DNA of 64,000 nt from Gammaproteobacteria bacterium (lineage in GTDB: Bacteria > Pseudomonadota > Gammaproteobacteria > Pseudomonadales > JADFDG01): NCBI GenBank assembly GCA_046566505.1, contig JBKHWN010000159.1, positions 4,618-68,617 of the forward strand, given 5' to 3'. The notes under the pieces are model-generated. The model saw only the letters and a program-made list of their open reading frames with translations. It did not search any database and was not told the DNA's origin. This document shows positions 1 through 8,738 of this stretch, one piece after another (the stretch's first letter is position 1; every line of letters starts with the position of its first letter). The position numbers were made by a program, and so were the translations under genes.

Positions 1-315
1 GGCATTGCTGCCATCCGAGGTGCCCGCACCAGAAACGCCCCGGACATAGGAGACCAGGTCCCTGTCACTTTCGTGTCCCCCAGTGGATGCGAGGTTGTAC
101 TTTGGGTGCTCAGTCAGCAGCGTCATCAGTGCGTCGACAAGGGTGGTCTTCCCTGCGCCGGTCGGACCGATGATGGCAGTCCCGCGTTGATCGATGTCGA
201 CGCCATGGCGTCCTTCGAAGCCACCCCAGTTGTACAGATCCAGGCGTGTCAGCTTGTAGGTCTTGATGTCCGGCGGAGTCTCGTAGGCGAGATCAAGTGG
301 CGCGGTCGTGCTCAT
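1..315 (-). CDS. jetC: Wadjet JetC (SMC-like ATPase), first 105 codons only; gene runs off the left edge
   Basis: Not in the ORF track because it is truncated. Reverse-strand translation from the ATG at 315 gives MSTTAPLDLAYETPPDIKTYKLTRLDLYNWGGFEGRHGVDIDQRGTAIIGPTGAGKTTLVDALMTLL... Walker A is GPTGAGKTT. ATGA overlap with the jetB stop. Canonical jetA-jetB-jetC order. Confidence 0.8.
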   Translation of the reverse strand, partial: MSTTAPLDLAYETPPDIKTYKLTRLDLYNWGGFEGRHGVDIDQRGTAIIGPTGAGKTTLVDALMTLLTEHPKYNLASTGGHESDRDLVSYVRGVSGAGTSDGSNA

Positions 316-986
316 GCGTCAGTTTCCTCGCCAGCGTCGGCAGTACTTCGCTGGGCCACATCGCGGAAGGTCTGCAGCAGACTCTTGAGGCTGTCCGGGT
401 TCGCCAAGTGGGTGATGATCGGACGTACCTGCAACTTGTCGTTCTCTATGTCGGAAACGACTCCGTGCTCCTTGAGCGCCTCAAGCAAGTTTCTCAGGCG
501 TTTCTGTTCCATGGCGTCGCTACCGAGGGACCCAAGGTACAACTGGATCTGCGGCAACAGGTCATCAATGGCCAGCGAGGCATCAGACGCACCGATGCCG
601 GCCTGTTGTTCGTGGGCAACGTAGTGCTGGCGTAGGATGGCCAAAAGCAGAGACTGATCCAGCGTCAATCGACGTTTGCGAATCAGCGGGTGTGACCATT
701 CTTCGTCCGATGAGGTTGCGACATCAGGCCTAACCGCAAGAAACGCCAGCCCCCTGATCTCATCCAGCCTTGCCTCGAGATCCATAGGCTCCAGTGCCGC
801 GTTAACTTCAGCGAGCGATGTGGACGCAACCCGATAGAGATTGGGCTTCCGAGCGGACTCCAGCAGCCCGTGCTTCATCAGCTCCTTCAGGGTGTCCCGG
901 ATTTCTGTCCGAGTCGTTCGCCCGGCATCGGAATCGACAGGTGCCTGCGAGGGAAGATGGTCTTCTGTATCCATCAGTTCAGACAT
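312..986 (-). CDS. jetB: Wadjet JetB (DUF4194-like kleisin-partner subunit)
   Basis: 224-aa acidic protein. It sits between a DUF3375-like gene and a Walker-A SMC-like gene, with 3-nt and 4-nt junctions. Size and position match JetB/MksE. Confidence 0.75.
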   Translation of the reverse strand: MSELMDTEDHLPSQAPVDSDAGRTTRTEIRDTLKELMKHGLLESARKPNLYRVASTSLAEVNAALEPMDLEARLDEIRGLAFLAVRPDVATSSDEEWSHPLIRKRRLTLDQSLLLAILRQHYVAHEQQAGIGASDASLAIDDLLPQIQLYLGSLGSDAMEQKRLRNLLEALKEHGVVSDIENDKLQVRPIITHLANPDSLKSLLQTFRDVAQRSTADAGEETDA

Positions 987-989
987 TAC

Positions 990-2486
990 CTAGATATCCT
1001 CATCGAGTGCATCGATGGCAGCGGCGGACAGGTGAACCAGTGGCACCCTGAAACGCCAGCGAGAGCTGTCATCTGCCAGTACGTCGAGTAATTCCTGGTC
1101 CGTGCCGACAGGCAGACCTGCGGCCCTTGCCATGCCAAGCCAAGCTGCAATCGTTTCCAGGTCGTGGGTCGGGGGGAGTAGCTGGGCAATCTCGCCAAGA
1201 GACAGGGGCTTGCCGGCGGCCATCAGGGCATTCAGTGTCGATTGACGGAGTGCCTGACGGTCGAGGCCATTCAGTGCTTCCCAAAACTCAGCATCAACCG
1301 AAGCCAGGTCGGGCTGACGCATGTTCAGGTCGAGCTCTCTGTCTTCGCTGTCCTCTTTCGAATAGGCGCGTAGTCGTTCAATGACTGGCAGGTTATCTAC
1401 GCGAATCGCCAGGGCGGGGAGAGGGGATGGCAGTTGGCGTGTGCTCTGGGAGCTCCAGTCAATATCCAGGGCAGCTTGCAGCACATCGGTGAGCATGGAG
1501 CCAACGCGGTGGTGTTCTGCCGCCAGCCCGGTTTTCAGGAAACCCTTAACGTCCCGCTCGCTTCTTGCGCGCGTTCGGATAACGCTCTCTGACTCTTTGA
1601 CCAGCCGCATGACAAGCCACCGCAGGTCGGCTTGTTGTGTACTGGTAAGCGCGCGGGAGGATGCCGGGAATTTCAGGATATCCCGAATTCTCACTTTCAT
1701 TTCATCAAGCGCAGCGGGTTGGTGAAGTTGTTGGTGAAATCCGTAGAAGACTCGGCCCTCCTGCGTTTGAAGAAGGTCGTCCTGGCTCTTCAAAAGGCTG
1801 TCCAGAATTTCTCCACGGTCTTGCTGCTCGCTAATGATCCGCTGCCGAAGAATACGGTCTGCTTCTCGCCACGAGTCCTCGACACGACGGAAGTCGGCGC
1901 GCAGCCCCATGGCCAATGCGTATGCTTCCCGGACTCGCTCAATGACCTCGCTTTCAGAAGGGACCGCCATGTGGCCGGCCTCGATGTCTGCCAGCTCGCG
2001 CTCAAGCGCTGCAATCTGTCGCTTGATCCGGGATGTGCGTGCGGCAGCACTCGGGTTGATGCTCGATTCGAGCCTTTCAATGAAGTCCTGCACCACCATC
2101 AGGCGGGATGCCGACGATGTCATGATCCGGGCGTCAAGGGACTGCACAAACCGGAATGCGGACTCGAGTGCATCGGTCGGATAGAGGCGATCGTTGCGCT
2201 CTACCAGTAACTGCTTCTTGATCCACGCCCGGATTTCCTGCCGGGCAGCCCGCGGATAGTCGGCCTCGTCAACGGCATACTCAGGGTCGCTGGCGTGTTG
2301 CTCCAGCAGGCCTGCCAGGGCCTGTGCCGCATCGTCAACGGCGACGCCGTCCTGGACATCCTCAAACAGAGTCTGCAGGCAGCTGATGACGAGCGGTGCT
2401 CTCCGGGAGGCTAGCAACTGCCAGGCGGGGTGTTGCTGCCTGGCGACGATGTAGGCTTGAGTCCGTTGGCGTGGCGATATGTCCAT
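990..2486 (-). CDS. jetA: Wadjet JetA (DUF3375-like)
   Basis: 498 aa. The N-terminus (HPAWQLLASRRAPLVISCLQTLFED) and long coiled-coil middle are typical of DUF3375/MksB-like proteins. First gene of the jetABC order. Confidence 0.8.
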   Translation of the reverse strand: MDISPRQRTQAYIVARQQHPAWQLLASRRAPLVISCLQTLFEDVQDGVAVDDAAQALAGLLEQHASDPEYAVDEADYPRAARQEIRAWIKKQLLVERNDRLYPTDALESAFRFVQSLDARIMTSSASRLMVVQDFIERLESSINPSAAARTSRIKRQIAALERELADIEAGHMAVPSESEVIERVREAYALAMGLRADFRRVEDSWREADRILRQRIISEQQDRGEILDSLLKSQDDLLQTQEGRVFYGFHQQLHQPAALDEMKVRIRDILKFPASSRALTSTQQADLRWLVMRLVKESESVIRTRARSERDVKGFLKTGLAAEHHRVGSMLTDVLQAALDIDWSSQSTRQLPSPLPALAIRVDNLPVIERLRAYSKEDSEDRELDLNMRQPDLASVDAEFWEALNGLDRQALRQSTLNALMAAGKPLSLGEIAQLLPPTHDLETIAAWLGMARAAGLPVGTDQELLDVLADDSSRWRFRVPLVHLSAAAIDALDEDI

Positions 2487-2722
2487 TTGCTACATCAGCC
2501 TAGTTTTGTGGCCTGGGGGGCGCTCCCTCCGAGAGGCCCTTGTGTGGCGCGCTGTTGGCGCACCACACATCGCTTGCCCAATGGTCGGTTCGACGAGTTC
2601 AGGTTGTCTACTATCGTCGCCCGACAGTAGGGCGGGGGTGCGACAAGGGCTGTCGCTTCTCGGGTGCACGCTGGCCAGCAATCGGGCGCCTTGGATAGTG
2701 CCCACCCCTCACAGGAACAGAT

Positions 2723-3487
2723 ATGCCAACCGGACACAGCCCTGACCCTTGGTGCCGCTACATCCCCCACCTGCACCGCGCCTTGGCTGACCCCTCCCAG
2801 GCCGGCTACCTGCCCTACGTCGCCGAGGAACTGACCCTCGAGCAAGCCTGTAGCGCCTGGGAGCCGCTCCACTACCTGTTCACCGCACTGCTGGGGTGGC
2901 GTTCCCCCGGCCATGGATTGGCTTGGTGGTATGCCGCCGGGAAGCCGGTGGATGATCCGCGGCTGGCGCTGGTGCGGGAACTGTGGGACGCCCATTACCA
3001 GCTCGACTACTACGCGGCATGGGCCTGGGCTCAGGGGCAGGTGTGCCTGACTCCGGACGACCTTGATCCGGCTGCTATGGCCTGCGCGTCCCTGTGGCAA
3101 AACGAGGCCTGGTGGCGGGCATTCAAGCGGCGCGGCCTGGACCTGCAGAACGATCCCTTCTACGGCGGCAGCAACCCGTTGCACCTCGGGCACAGCGAGA
3201 CGTTTGGGCGTCAGGAAACGCCGGGCGCCCAATTGGACCTGGTGGTGGACAAGGCGAGCCGAAAGGCGGTTCTCATGGTGTGCGGGCTGCTGTCCTGGCG
3301 GGCAGATCTGGACGCAGCTTCCACAAGGTTGCCCAGCCTTGGGGATAGGTCTTGGCACGTCGAGGTTATCGACCGTCAGGTGGGCTGGCTGGGTGAGTAC
3401 CGGCTGAGCCGCGACACGGGACTGTGGTTCCTCGGCAAGCACAGCTTGCACATGAGGGGAAACAGTTCAAACGCATCCAATCAGTAA
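2723..3487 (+). CDS. Hypothetical Trp-rich protein, no recognisable family
   Basis: 254-aa ORF with a strong GC3 codon bias in this frame (read manually). About 20 Trp residues. The overlapping 318-aa minus-strand ORF looks like a GC-frame shadow. Convergent 7-nt 3' overlap with the M48 gene. Confidence 0.6.
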   Translation: MPTGHSPDPWCRYIPHLHRALADPSQAGYLPYVAEELTLEQACSAWEPLHYLFTALLGWRSPGHGLAWWYAAGKPVDDPRLALVRELWDAHYQLDYYAAWAWAQGQVCLTPDDLDPAAMACASLWQNEAWWRAFKRRGLDLQNDPFYGGSNPLHLGHSETFGRQETPGAQLDLVVDKASRKAVLMVCGLLSWRADLDAASTRLPSLGDRSWHVEVIDRQVGWLGEYRLSRDTGLWFLGKHSLHMRGNSSNASNQ

Positions 3488-4197
3488 AGTCTCTGGTCTA
3501 GATGTCGATTGAGTTTTTCGCGAAGCGCTTTCCAGTCCGGCAGAACTCGGTCCATTAGGCGGTTGAAGCCGATGCCGTGGTTCATCTCCCGCAGATGGCA
3601 CAGCTCATGCGTAATGACGTAGTCGATACAGTCCTTGGGGGCATATATCAACTCTGGATTCAGGCTAATGATCCTGCCCTTTGAACAACTTCCCCAGCGT
3701 GTTCGCATCCGGCGGATGCTGAGGGTTTTCGCTGCGGGAAGTTTGAGCCGGCCGAGTCGCTCTACACATGCCAGATAGCGCTCGCGAATAACCTCGCGGG
3801 CACGTCCATCCAACCAGGTGTTGACCAGTCGCCCGGTCTCCGCCGGCGTCAGTTTGTGCGGCCCGCTAACTTCGATGTATCCAGGCACGACCTTGATGCG
3901 GCTATCCGGTGAGGTCACGAGCCGAAGTCGGTACTGGCGGCCCAGGTAGCGGATAGTTGCCCCAGGCAAAAACTGCTTAACGGGCTGCGGCGGAGGCAGC
4001 GTCGCCATGGCGCGTTGTTGGCGCAGGATCCACGCCCCGCGCTTTCCCACGACGGCGGCGATGCGCTCAAGCGATGCGTCGACGGGTGCATCGACAACAA
4101 CTTTGCAATCCGGGTGAACATGAATGGCAAGCGTCTTTCGCTGCTTGCGCCTGACCCGGTAGGTGATGGTCGATGTACCGAACTGAATCGATGGCAT
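3481..4197 (-). CDS. M48/DUF45 (YgjP-like) zinc metallopeptidase, last gene of the type I R-M operon
   Basis: HEXXH motif in ITHELCHLREMNH near the C-terminus. 238 aa. Starts 1 nt after the hsdR stop. This family commonly follows hsdR. Confidence 0.8.
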   Translation of the reverse strand: MPSIQFGTSTITYRVRRKQRKTLAIHVHPDCKVVVDAPVDASLERIAAVVGKRGAWILRQQRAMATLPPPQPVKQFLPGATIRYLGRQYRLRLVTSPDSRIKVVPGYIEVSGPHKLTPAETGRLVNTWLDGRAREVIRERYLACVERLGRLKLPAAKTLSIRRMRTRWGSCSKGRIISLNPELIYAPKDCIDYVITHELCHLREMNHGIGFNRLMDRVLPDWKALREKLNRHLDQRLY

Positions 4198-4198
4198 G

Positions 4199-7100
4199 TC
4201 AGGCGTTGTCTCTGCGCTTGGCTACACGCAGAAGCTGGTCACCCAGCTCGTCGCGAATGGCATACGGCACGTCGAGGCCATACGTTTCCTTCAGGTCGTC
4301 GAAATAGTCGTCGAAGGCGTTGAGGATGGCCTTGCGAACCTCGTCATTGCCCTGCCAGTCACGGATCTTGTGCCCGTCGATGATGACCTGAACCTGAATC
4401 GCGATTTCTGCGGCCAAGTCGCTGGGTTCAATTCCGTGAATGTCGTAACTGGCCAACGGCTCCCGGATGACGCCGTAGTAAGCCTTGGCGTCGCTGTAGG
4501 GTTTCAGGGAAGCCGGCAGGTCGCTGCTGCTCTTGCCGCGCAATTCGTCCAACTGCTTGCGAACACGGGCAAGGTACTCCGCATCTGAAAGCCGGCGCGC
4601 GCGATGCTCGGCAATGGTCTCGTCGATCATCTCGGACAGCCGCTTGTAGAGCGCCGGGTCCTCATCCATGTTCTCGGTAATGGTCTTCTTGACCCGGTTG
4701 GCGATGGCGTCGGCCTTGGCGGCATCCCCCTCGATGGCCAGCAGTTCCTGTTCGAAGGCATCGATGGCGTAGATGTCGACCGGCGCAACGATCTGCCGCA
4801 CCGTGTCGGCGCCGATGTACTTGTTCACGAGGTTGCGGATCTGGGCCTCATAGGCCGAGTAATCCACAGACTCGCCATAGCGCTGCTTGACCGCCGCGCG
4901 CAGGTTGAGGAATTCGCGCAGGTCATCCCGATAGCGCCGCTTGATGTCCTCCTTTGTTTCGTCCTGCCAGCGGGCATTGCCGATAGCGAGTTGCAGGGTG
5001 CGTGCGAAAGCCGAAAGCACCTCGTAGAACCGCTGCCGGATATCCGCCGGTTCCAGGTGGCGCTGCATGGCTTCTATGTCGCGCTTTTGGGCGACAGGCT
5101 TGAACACATCACAGACGTGGGTGTGCCTCTCGGGTAGTTTGGCCAGCTCTGCCGAAACGTCTGTCAGCGTGTCCTCGACATCGGCCCGGTCGAAGCCCTG
5201 ATTCTCGAGTTCGGCGTAGGTGTCGATGGCATCGTTCAGCTCGCCGAAAATTCCCCGGTAATCGATGATCAGGCCGAAGTCCTTGCCATCGAATAGCCGA
5301 TTCACGCGGGCAATGGCCTGCAGGATGTTGTGATCCTTCAGGCGCTTGTCGATGTACAGCACGGCATTTCGTGGCGCATCAAAGCCGGTAAGAAGCTTGT
5401 CGACGACGATCAGTATTTCGGGCTCATCAGAGTAGTTGAATCCGCTGGTGACGTTCTTGACGTAGTCCTTCTCGTTGCCGTGACGGTCCATCATGTCCTT
5501 CCAGAACTTTTGGACCGCCGGTATGCTGGACTCGTCGGTATTCGTGTGCCCCTCGCGCGTATCTGGCGCGGAAATCACCACCGCAACCGATACGCCGCCG
5601 AACTCCTCGAAATACGCCTTGTAGCGCAACGCCATTTCCTTGCTGGTGCAGGCGAGTTGTCCTTTAAGACCCGTGCCCTTGTACTTGGCGGTGTAGTGCT
5701 GGATGACGTCGTAGGCGATCTCGGCGATTCGCTGGTCTGCCTTGGTCAGTTCCTCTTCTCTGCGGAACTTCTTCTTGAGGTCCGCCTTCTGCTCTTTGGT
5801 AAGGTCCTTGGTGATGCGTTCGAACCAGCGGTCGATCTGTTCACGGTCGCCGTGCAGCTCGGAGTATCTGCCCTCGTAAAGCAGAGGTGTCACGGCACCG
5901 TCCTTGATGGCCTGGCTCATGGTGTAGGAGTGGATGAAGCCGCCAAACTTGCGGGCAGTCTCCTTTTCGATCTTGAGCAGTGGCGTGCCGGTGAACCCGA
6001 TGTAGCAGGCGTTCGGAAAAACGTTGCGCATTCGGGCGCTCATCTCGCCGTACTGGGAGCGGTGGCTCTCGTCGATCAGAACAAAGATGTCCGGACTCGG
6101 GTCCTTGACGCCGCGCTTTCCACCAACCGTGCCGAACTTGTTGATGATGGTCGTGATGATCGGCGCCTTGCCGTTGACGATCAGATCGACAAGATCCTCG
6201 CCGGTCCTGGCCTGGGCGACCTGCTTCCCGCAGTTCTTGAACGTCTTGTAGATCTGGTCGTCTAGGTCAACGCGATCCGTGACCAGAATGACGCGCGGGT
6301 TGCGAATGGCGGGGGAGAGCGTCAGGGCTTTGGCCAACATCACCATGGTCAGCGACTTGCCGGAGCCGGTGGTGTGCCAGATGACGCCGCCCTGGCGGGC
6401 TTCGTCGCCCCGTGACTGTGTGACGCGATCCAGTGTCGACTGGATGGCGAAATACTGCTGGTAACGACAGACCTTCTTCACTTTCGCGTCGTAGACGATG
6501 TATCGGTAGACCAATTCCAGGAGGCGTTCCTTGCGCAGGAGGCTATGGATCAGCCGATCCTGTTCGGAGGGCAGGCGTGGCGCGATCAGTGTGGCCAGCT
6601 CCGCATCCTGTGCAGCAGGGCGCTCTTCCTTCCAAAAGGACCAGAACTTCTCCGGCGTATCCGTGGTCGCAAACAGCGCGCGGTTCTGCGACAGCGCCAG
6701 CAGCAACTGGCTGAAGGCATACAGTTCTGGAATCTCATCGTGACGCTGGTTTCGGAGGTGCTGGCTGACAGCCTCTTTGACGGCATCCTTCAGATCGGGT
6801 CGCTTGCACTCGATGACAACCAATGGGATTCCGTTAACGAACAGCACCAGGTCCGGGCGCCGGGTCAGTTTGCTGTGGTGGCGTTCCACTTCGAATTCGG
6901 AACAGACATGAAAGACGTTGTTTTCCGGATGTTCCCAGTCGATGTAGTGCAGCGAATAGCTGCGAGTGTAACCATCGATGGTTTGCTCCAGGCTCTTGCC
7001 CAGGGTGATCAGGTCGTAGATGTCTTCGCTGGTCTTGATCAGGCTGTCGAACGGCAGCTGTGTTAAGGCTTGCACGGCCTTCTGGATATTGCCGTCGGAG

Positions 7101-7306
7101 AAGGCGTGTTCCTGGCCGCGGAAATTGATGCGGTTGATGCGGCGAAGCTGGGTGGCCAGCACATCTTCCAGAATCATGCGGGAGGTCTTGCCCCCGCGAA
7201 GGGTCAGCGCGTCGTCCGGCGACAGGCGCTGGTAGCCGAGGGCGACCAGCAGGCCGAGCGCCGGGACTTGTGAAGCTTGATTTTCGCGGTAGTCGGAGGC
7301 AGTCAT
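4199..7306 (-). CDS. hsdR: Type I restriction enzyme R subunit
   Basis: 1035 aa. Walker A is HTTGSGKSLTM and the DEAH-type box is VLIDESHRSQYG. SF2 helicase motifs; typical size and C-terminal helical domain. Confidence 0.95.
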   Translation of the reverse strand: MTASDYRENQASQVPALGLLVALGYQRLSPDDALTLRGGKTSRMILEDVLATQLRRINRINFRGQEHAFSDGNIQKAVQALTQLPFDSLIKTSEDIYDLITLGKSLEQTIDGYTRSYSLHYIDWEHPENNVFHVCSEFEVERHHSKLTRRPDLVLFVNGIPLVVIECKRPDLKDAVKEAVSQHLRNQRHDEIPELYAFSQLLLALSQNRALFATTDTPEKFWSFWKEERPAAQDAELATLIAPRLPSEQDRLIHSLLRKERLLELVYRYIVYDAKVKKVCRYQQYFAIQSTLDRVTQSRGDEARQGGVIWHTTGSGKSLTMVMLAKALTLSPAIRNPRVILVTDRVDLDDQIYKTFKNCGKQVAQARTGEDLVDLIVNGKAPIITTIINKFGTVGGKRGVKDPSPDIFVLIDESHRSQYGEMSARMRNVFPNACYIGFTGTPLLKIEKETARKFGGFIHSYTMSQAIKDGAVTPLLYEGRYSELHGDREQIDRWFERITKDLTKEQKADLKKKFRREEELTKADQRIAEIAYDVIQHYTAKYKGTGLKGQLACTSKEMALRYKAYFEEFGGVSVAVVISAPDTREGHTNTDESSIPAVQKFWKDMMDRHGNEKDYVKNVTSGFNYSDEPEILIVVDKLLTGFDAPRNAVLYIDKRLKDHNILQAIARVNRLFDGKDFGLIIDYRGIFGELNDAIDTYAELENQGFDRADVEDTLTDVSAELAKLPERHTHVCDVFKPVAQKRDIEAMQRHLEPADIRQRFYEVLSAFARTLQLAIGNARWQDETKEDIKRRYRDDLREFLNLRAAVKQRYGESVDYSAYEAQIRNLVNKYIGADTVRQIVAPVDIYAIDAFEQELLAIEGDAAKADAIANRVKKTITENMDEDPALYKRLSEMIDETIAEHRARRLSDAEYLARVRKQLDELRGKSSSDLPASLKPYSDAKAYYGVIREPLASYDIHGIEPSDLAAEIAIQVQVIIDGHKIRDWQGNDEVRKAILNAFDDYFDDLKETYGLDVPYAIRDELGDQLLRVAKRRDNA

Positions 7307-7412
7307 GGCTCAAGCCACTCTGAAAACGAGGAGGTCGGCCTACGACAAAGGTCGTCGGATGTTTGCAAAGGGCTACAGGAAGGAAGGTCGCAATAGGAGG
7401 GGGCACGTCCAT

Positions 7413-8222
7413 TCATGGCGCCACCGTTTCCTTGGCGGGCAGCAACCTGGCCATGTTCATGGCAGCAACGAGGTCATGCTGCGAGTTCAGGTGACGGCGG
7501 ACTGTCTGCAATGCCTGTTTCAAGCTGGCTATCTTGTCCTTGCTCTTCTGGCTGGCATCCCAGGACACATTCAGCGTGTCCATAAACGAAAAGAAGTACG
7601 CTTCCAGCGTTTCTGGAACCCAGAGAAAGTTGTGGGCAACAATTTTCTGCTCAAGCCCGTAGGATTCAAAAACGTATCCGGAGCGCGCATTCCAATACTT
7701 TGCCAGCCGGACTAAAGGACGAATCAGCCCATTGCAGCGCCGGTCCTTGGCGTCGAGATCCTTGCTGAATGCGTCTGGGGTAGTTTCCATCCACTTGAAG
7801 ATGGCGCCTTTCGCTGGGATCTGCAGGCCTGTCCAGATCGTGGCGTCCTTTGCAGGGACCAGCTCGAAGCGAATGTGGTTAAGATCCAGCGCGATGGTGG
7901 GGTGATCTTGATAGCGGGTCGAATTGCTGTATCGCCTTTCGGCGAATCGTTTGAGACGGTCCAGGTAGGTCTGGGGCTCCTTGTTTGAATCAGCGAACAC
8001 AACCATGTAATCGACATCGGACTGTTCGTCCATCCAGCGGGGCAGCATCGTCTGCCTTGCATACGAGCCAAAAATAAGTCGTTTCGACACGATTGCGTTG
8101 TCAAACTCTTCAAAAAGACGCTTGTCGAGAGTAGCTATCGACGTTTCGATGCCGGCCTTTTCTTGCTGCGACATCAGGGCGCCATTGGCGACTCTCTGCA
8201 GGTATGCGTTCACCGCTGACAT
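7413..8222 (-). CDS. SMODS/CD-NTase-like (pol-beta fold) nucleotidyltransferase
   Basis: FGSYARQTMLPRWMDEQSDVDYMVVF gives a GS...DxD active-site pattern, with a downstream acidic strand IRFELVPA. 269 aa. GGAG Shine-Dalgarno inside the end of the upstream 2TM gene; 1-nt gap. Confidence 0.7.
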   Translation of the reverse strand: MSAVNAYLQRVANGALMSQQEKAGIETSIATLDKRLFEEFDNAIVSKRLIFGSYARQTMLPRWMDEQSDVDYMVVFADSNKEPQTYLDRLKRFAERRYSNSTRYQDHPTIALDLNHIRFELVPAKDATIWTGLQIPAKGAIFKWMETTPDAFSKDLDAKDRRCNGLIRPLVRLAKYWNARSGYVFESYGLEQKIVAHNFLWVPETLEAYFFSFMDTLNVSWDASQKSKDKIASLKQALQTVRRHLNSQHDLVAAMNMARLLPAKETVAP

Positions 8223-8223
8223 C

Positions 8224-8730
8224 TCAAGGCTCCTTGTCTACCCGATGGGTTGCGCGATCTTCATCATCAATGTGCTTCCGGGCCTGCTCGTAAGCGAAGC
8301 CGGGGATACCGGAACTTGATGTGTTCAGCTCGGTACGGCGCCGATTCAATTCGGACAGCTGTGCCGTTGCGTCCTGCGCAGCCGAGGTCTGAGGAAGATC
8401 CACCGTCCGGAATATTCTGGCGTCGTTGCGCAGTGCGCCAAAACAGTCTCCAGCCGCCTTGTGTTCCTGGGCTTTCTCGGACGGGTTGAAGAATGTCAGC
8501 GCCGCGGCCGACAAACTGGAAAGAACGCCGGCGATGGCGGTCAGCCAAGTGCAATCCGAAAACGCGGACCCGCCAGCGATGGCACCGAAGAGCGCTGCGA
8601 TACCACCAATCACGTAATGGGTCGTCTTCCAGCGGGATTCAGCGTTGTAGTGTCCTTTTGACGAGAAGGTCGAATCCTCCTCGATGCGAGATGCCTCGTC
8701 GCCGATGGCTTTTCGGATTGTTTCGTCCAT
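8224..8730 (-). CDS. SLATT-like 2-TM effector protein
   Basis: 168 aa. Two adjacent hydrophobic helices (HYVIGGIAALFGAIAGGSAF and WLTAIAGVLSSLSAAALTFF) are followed by a charged helical tail. Sits immediately upstream of the NTase. Architecture matches SMODS-associated 2TM (SLATT) proteins. Confidence 0.6.
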   Translation of the reverse strand: MDETIRKAIGDEASRIEEDSTFSSKGHYNAESRWKTTHYVIGGIAALFGAIAGGSAFSDCTWLTAIAGVLSSLSAAALTFFNPSEKAQEHKAAGDCFGALRNDARIFRTVDLPQTSAAQDATAQLSELNRRRTELNTSSSGIPGFAYEQARKHIDDEDRATHRVDKEP

Positions 8731-8738
8731 ACGAGCCC

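Noticed and set aside
2495-3451. 318-aa minus-strand ORF overlapping the Trp-rich gene
   Set aside because: Codon-by-codon reading shows the strong GC3 bias in the plus-strand frame (2723-3487). The minus-strand product is Pro/Gly/Arg/Gln-rich and low in complexity.
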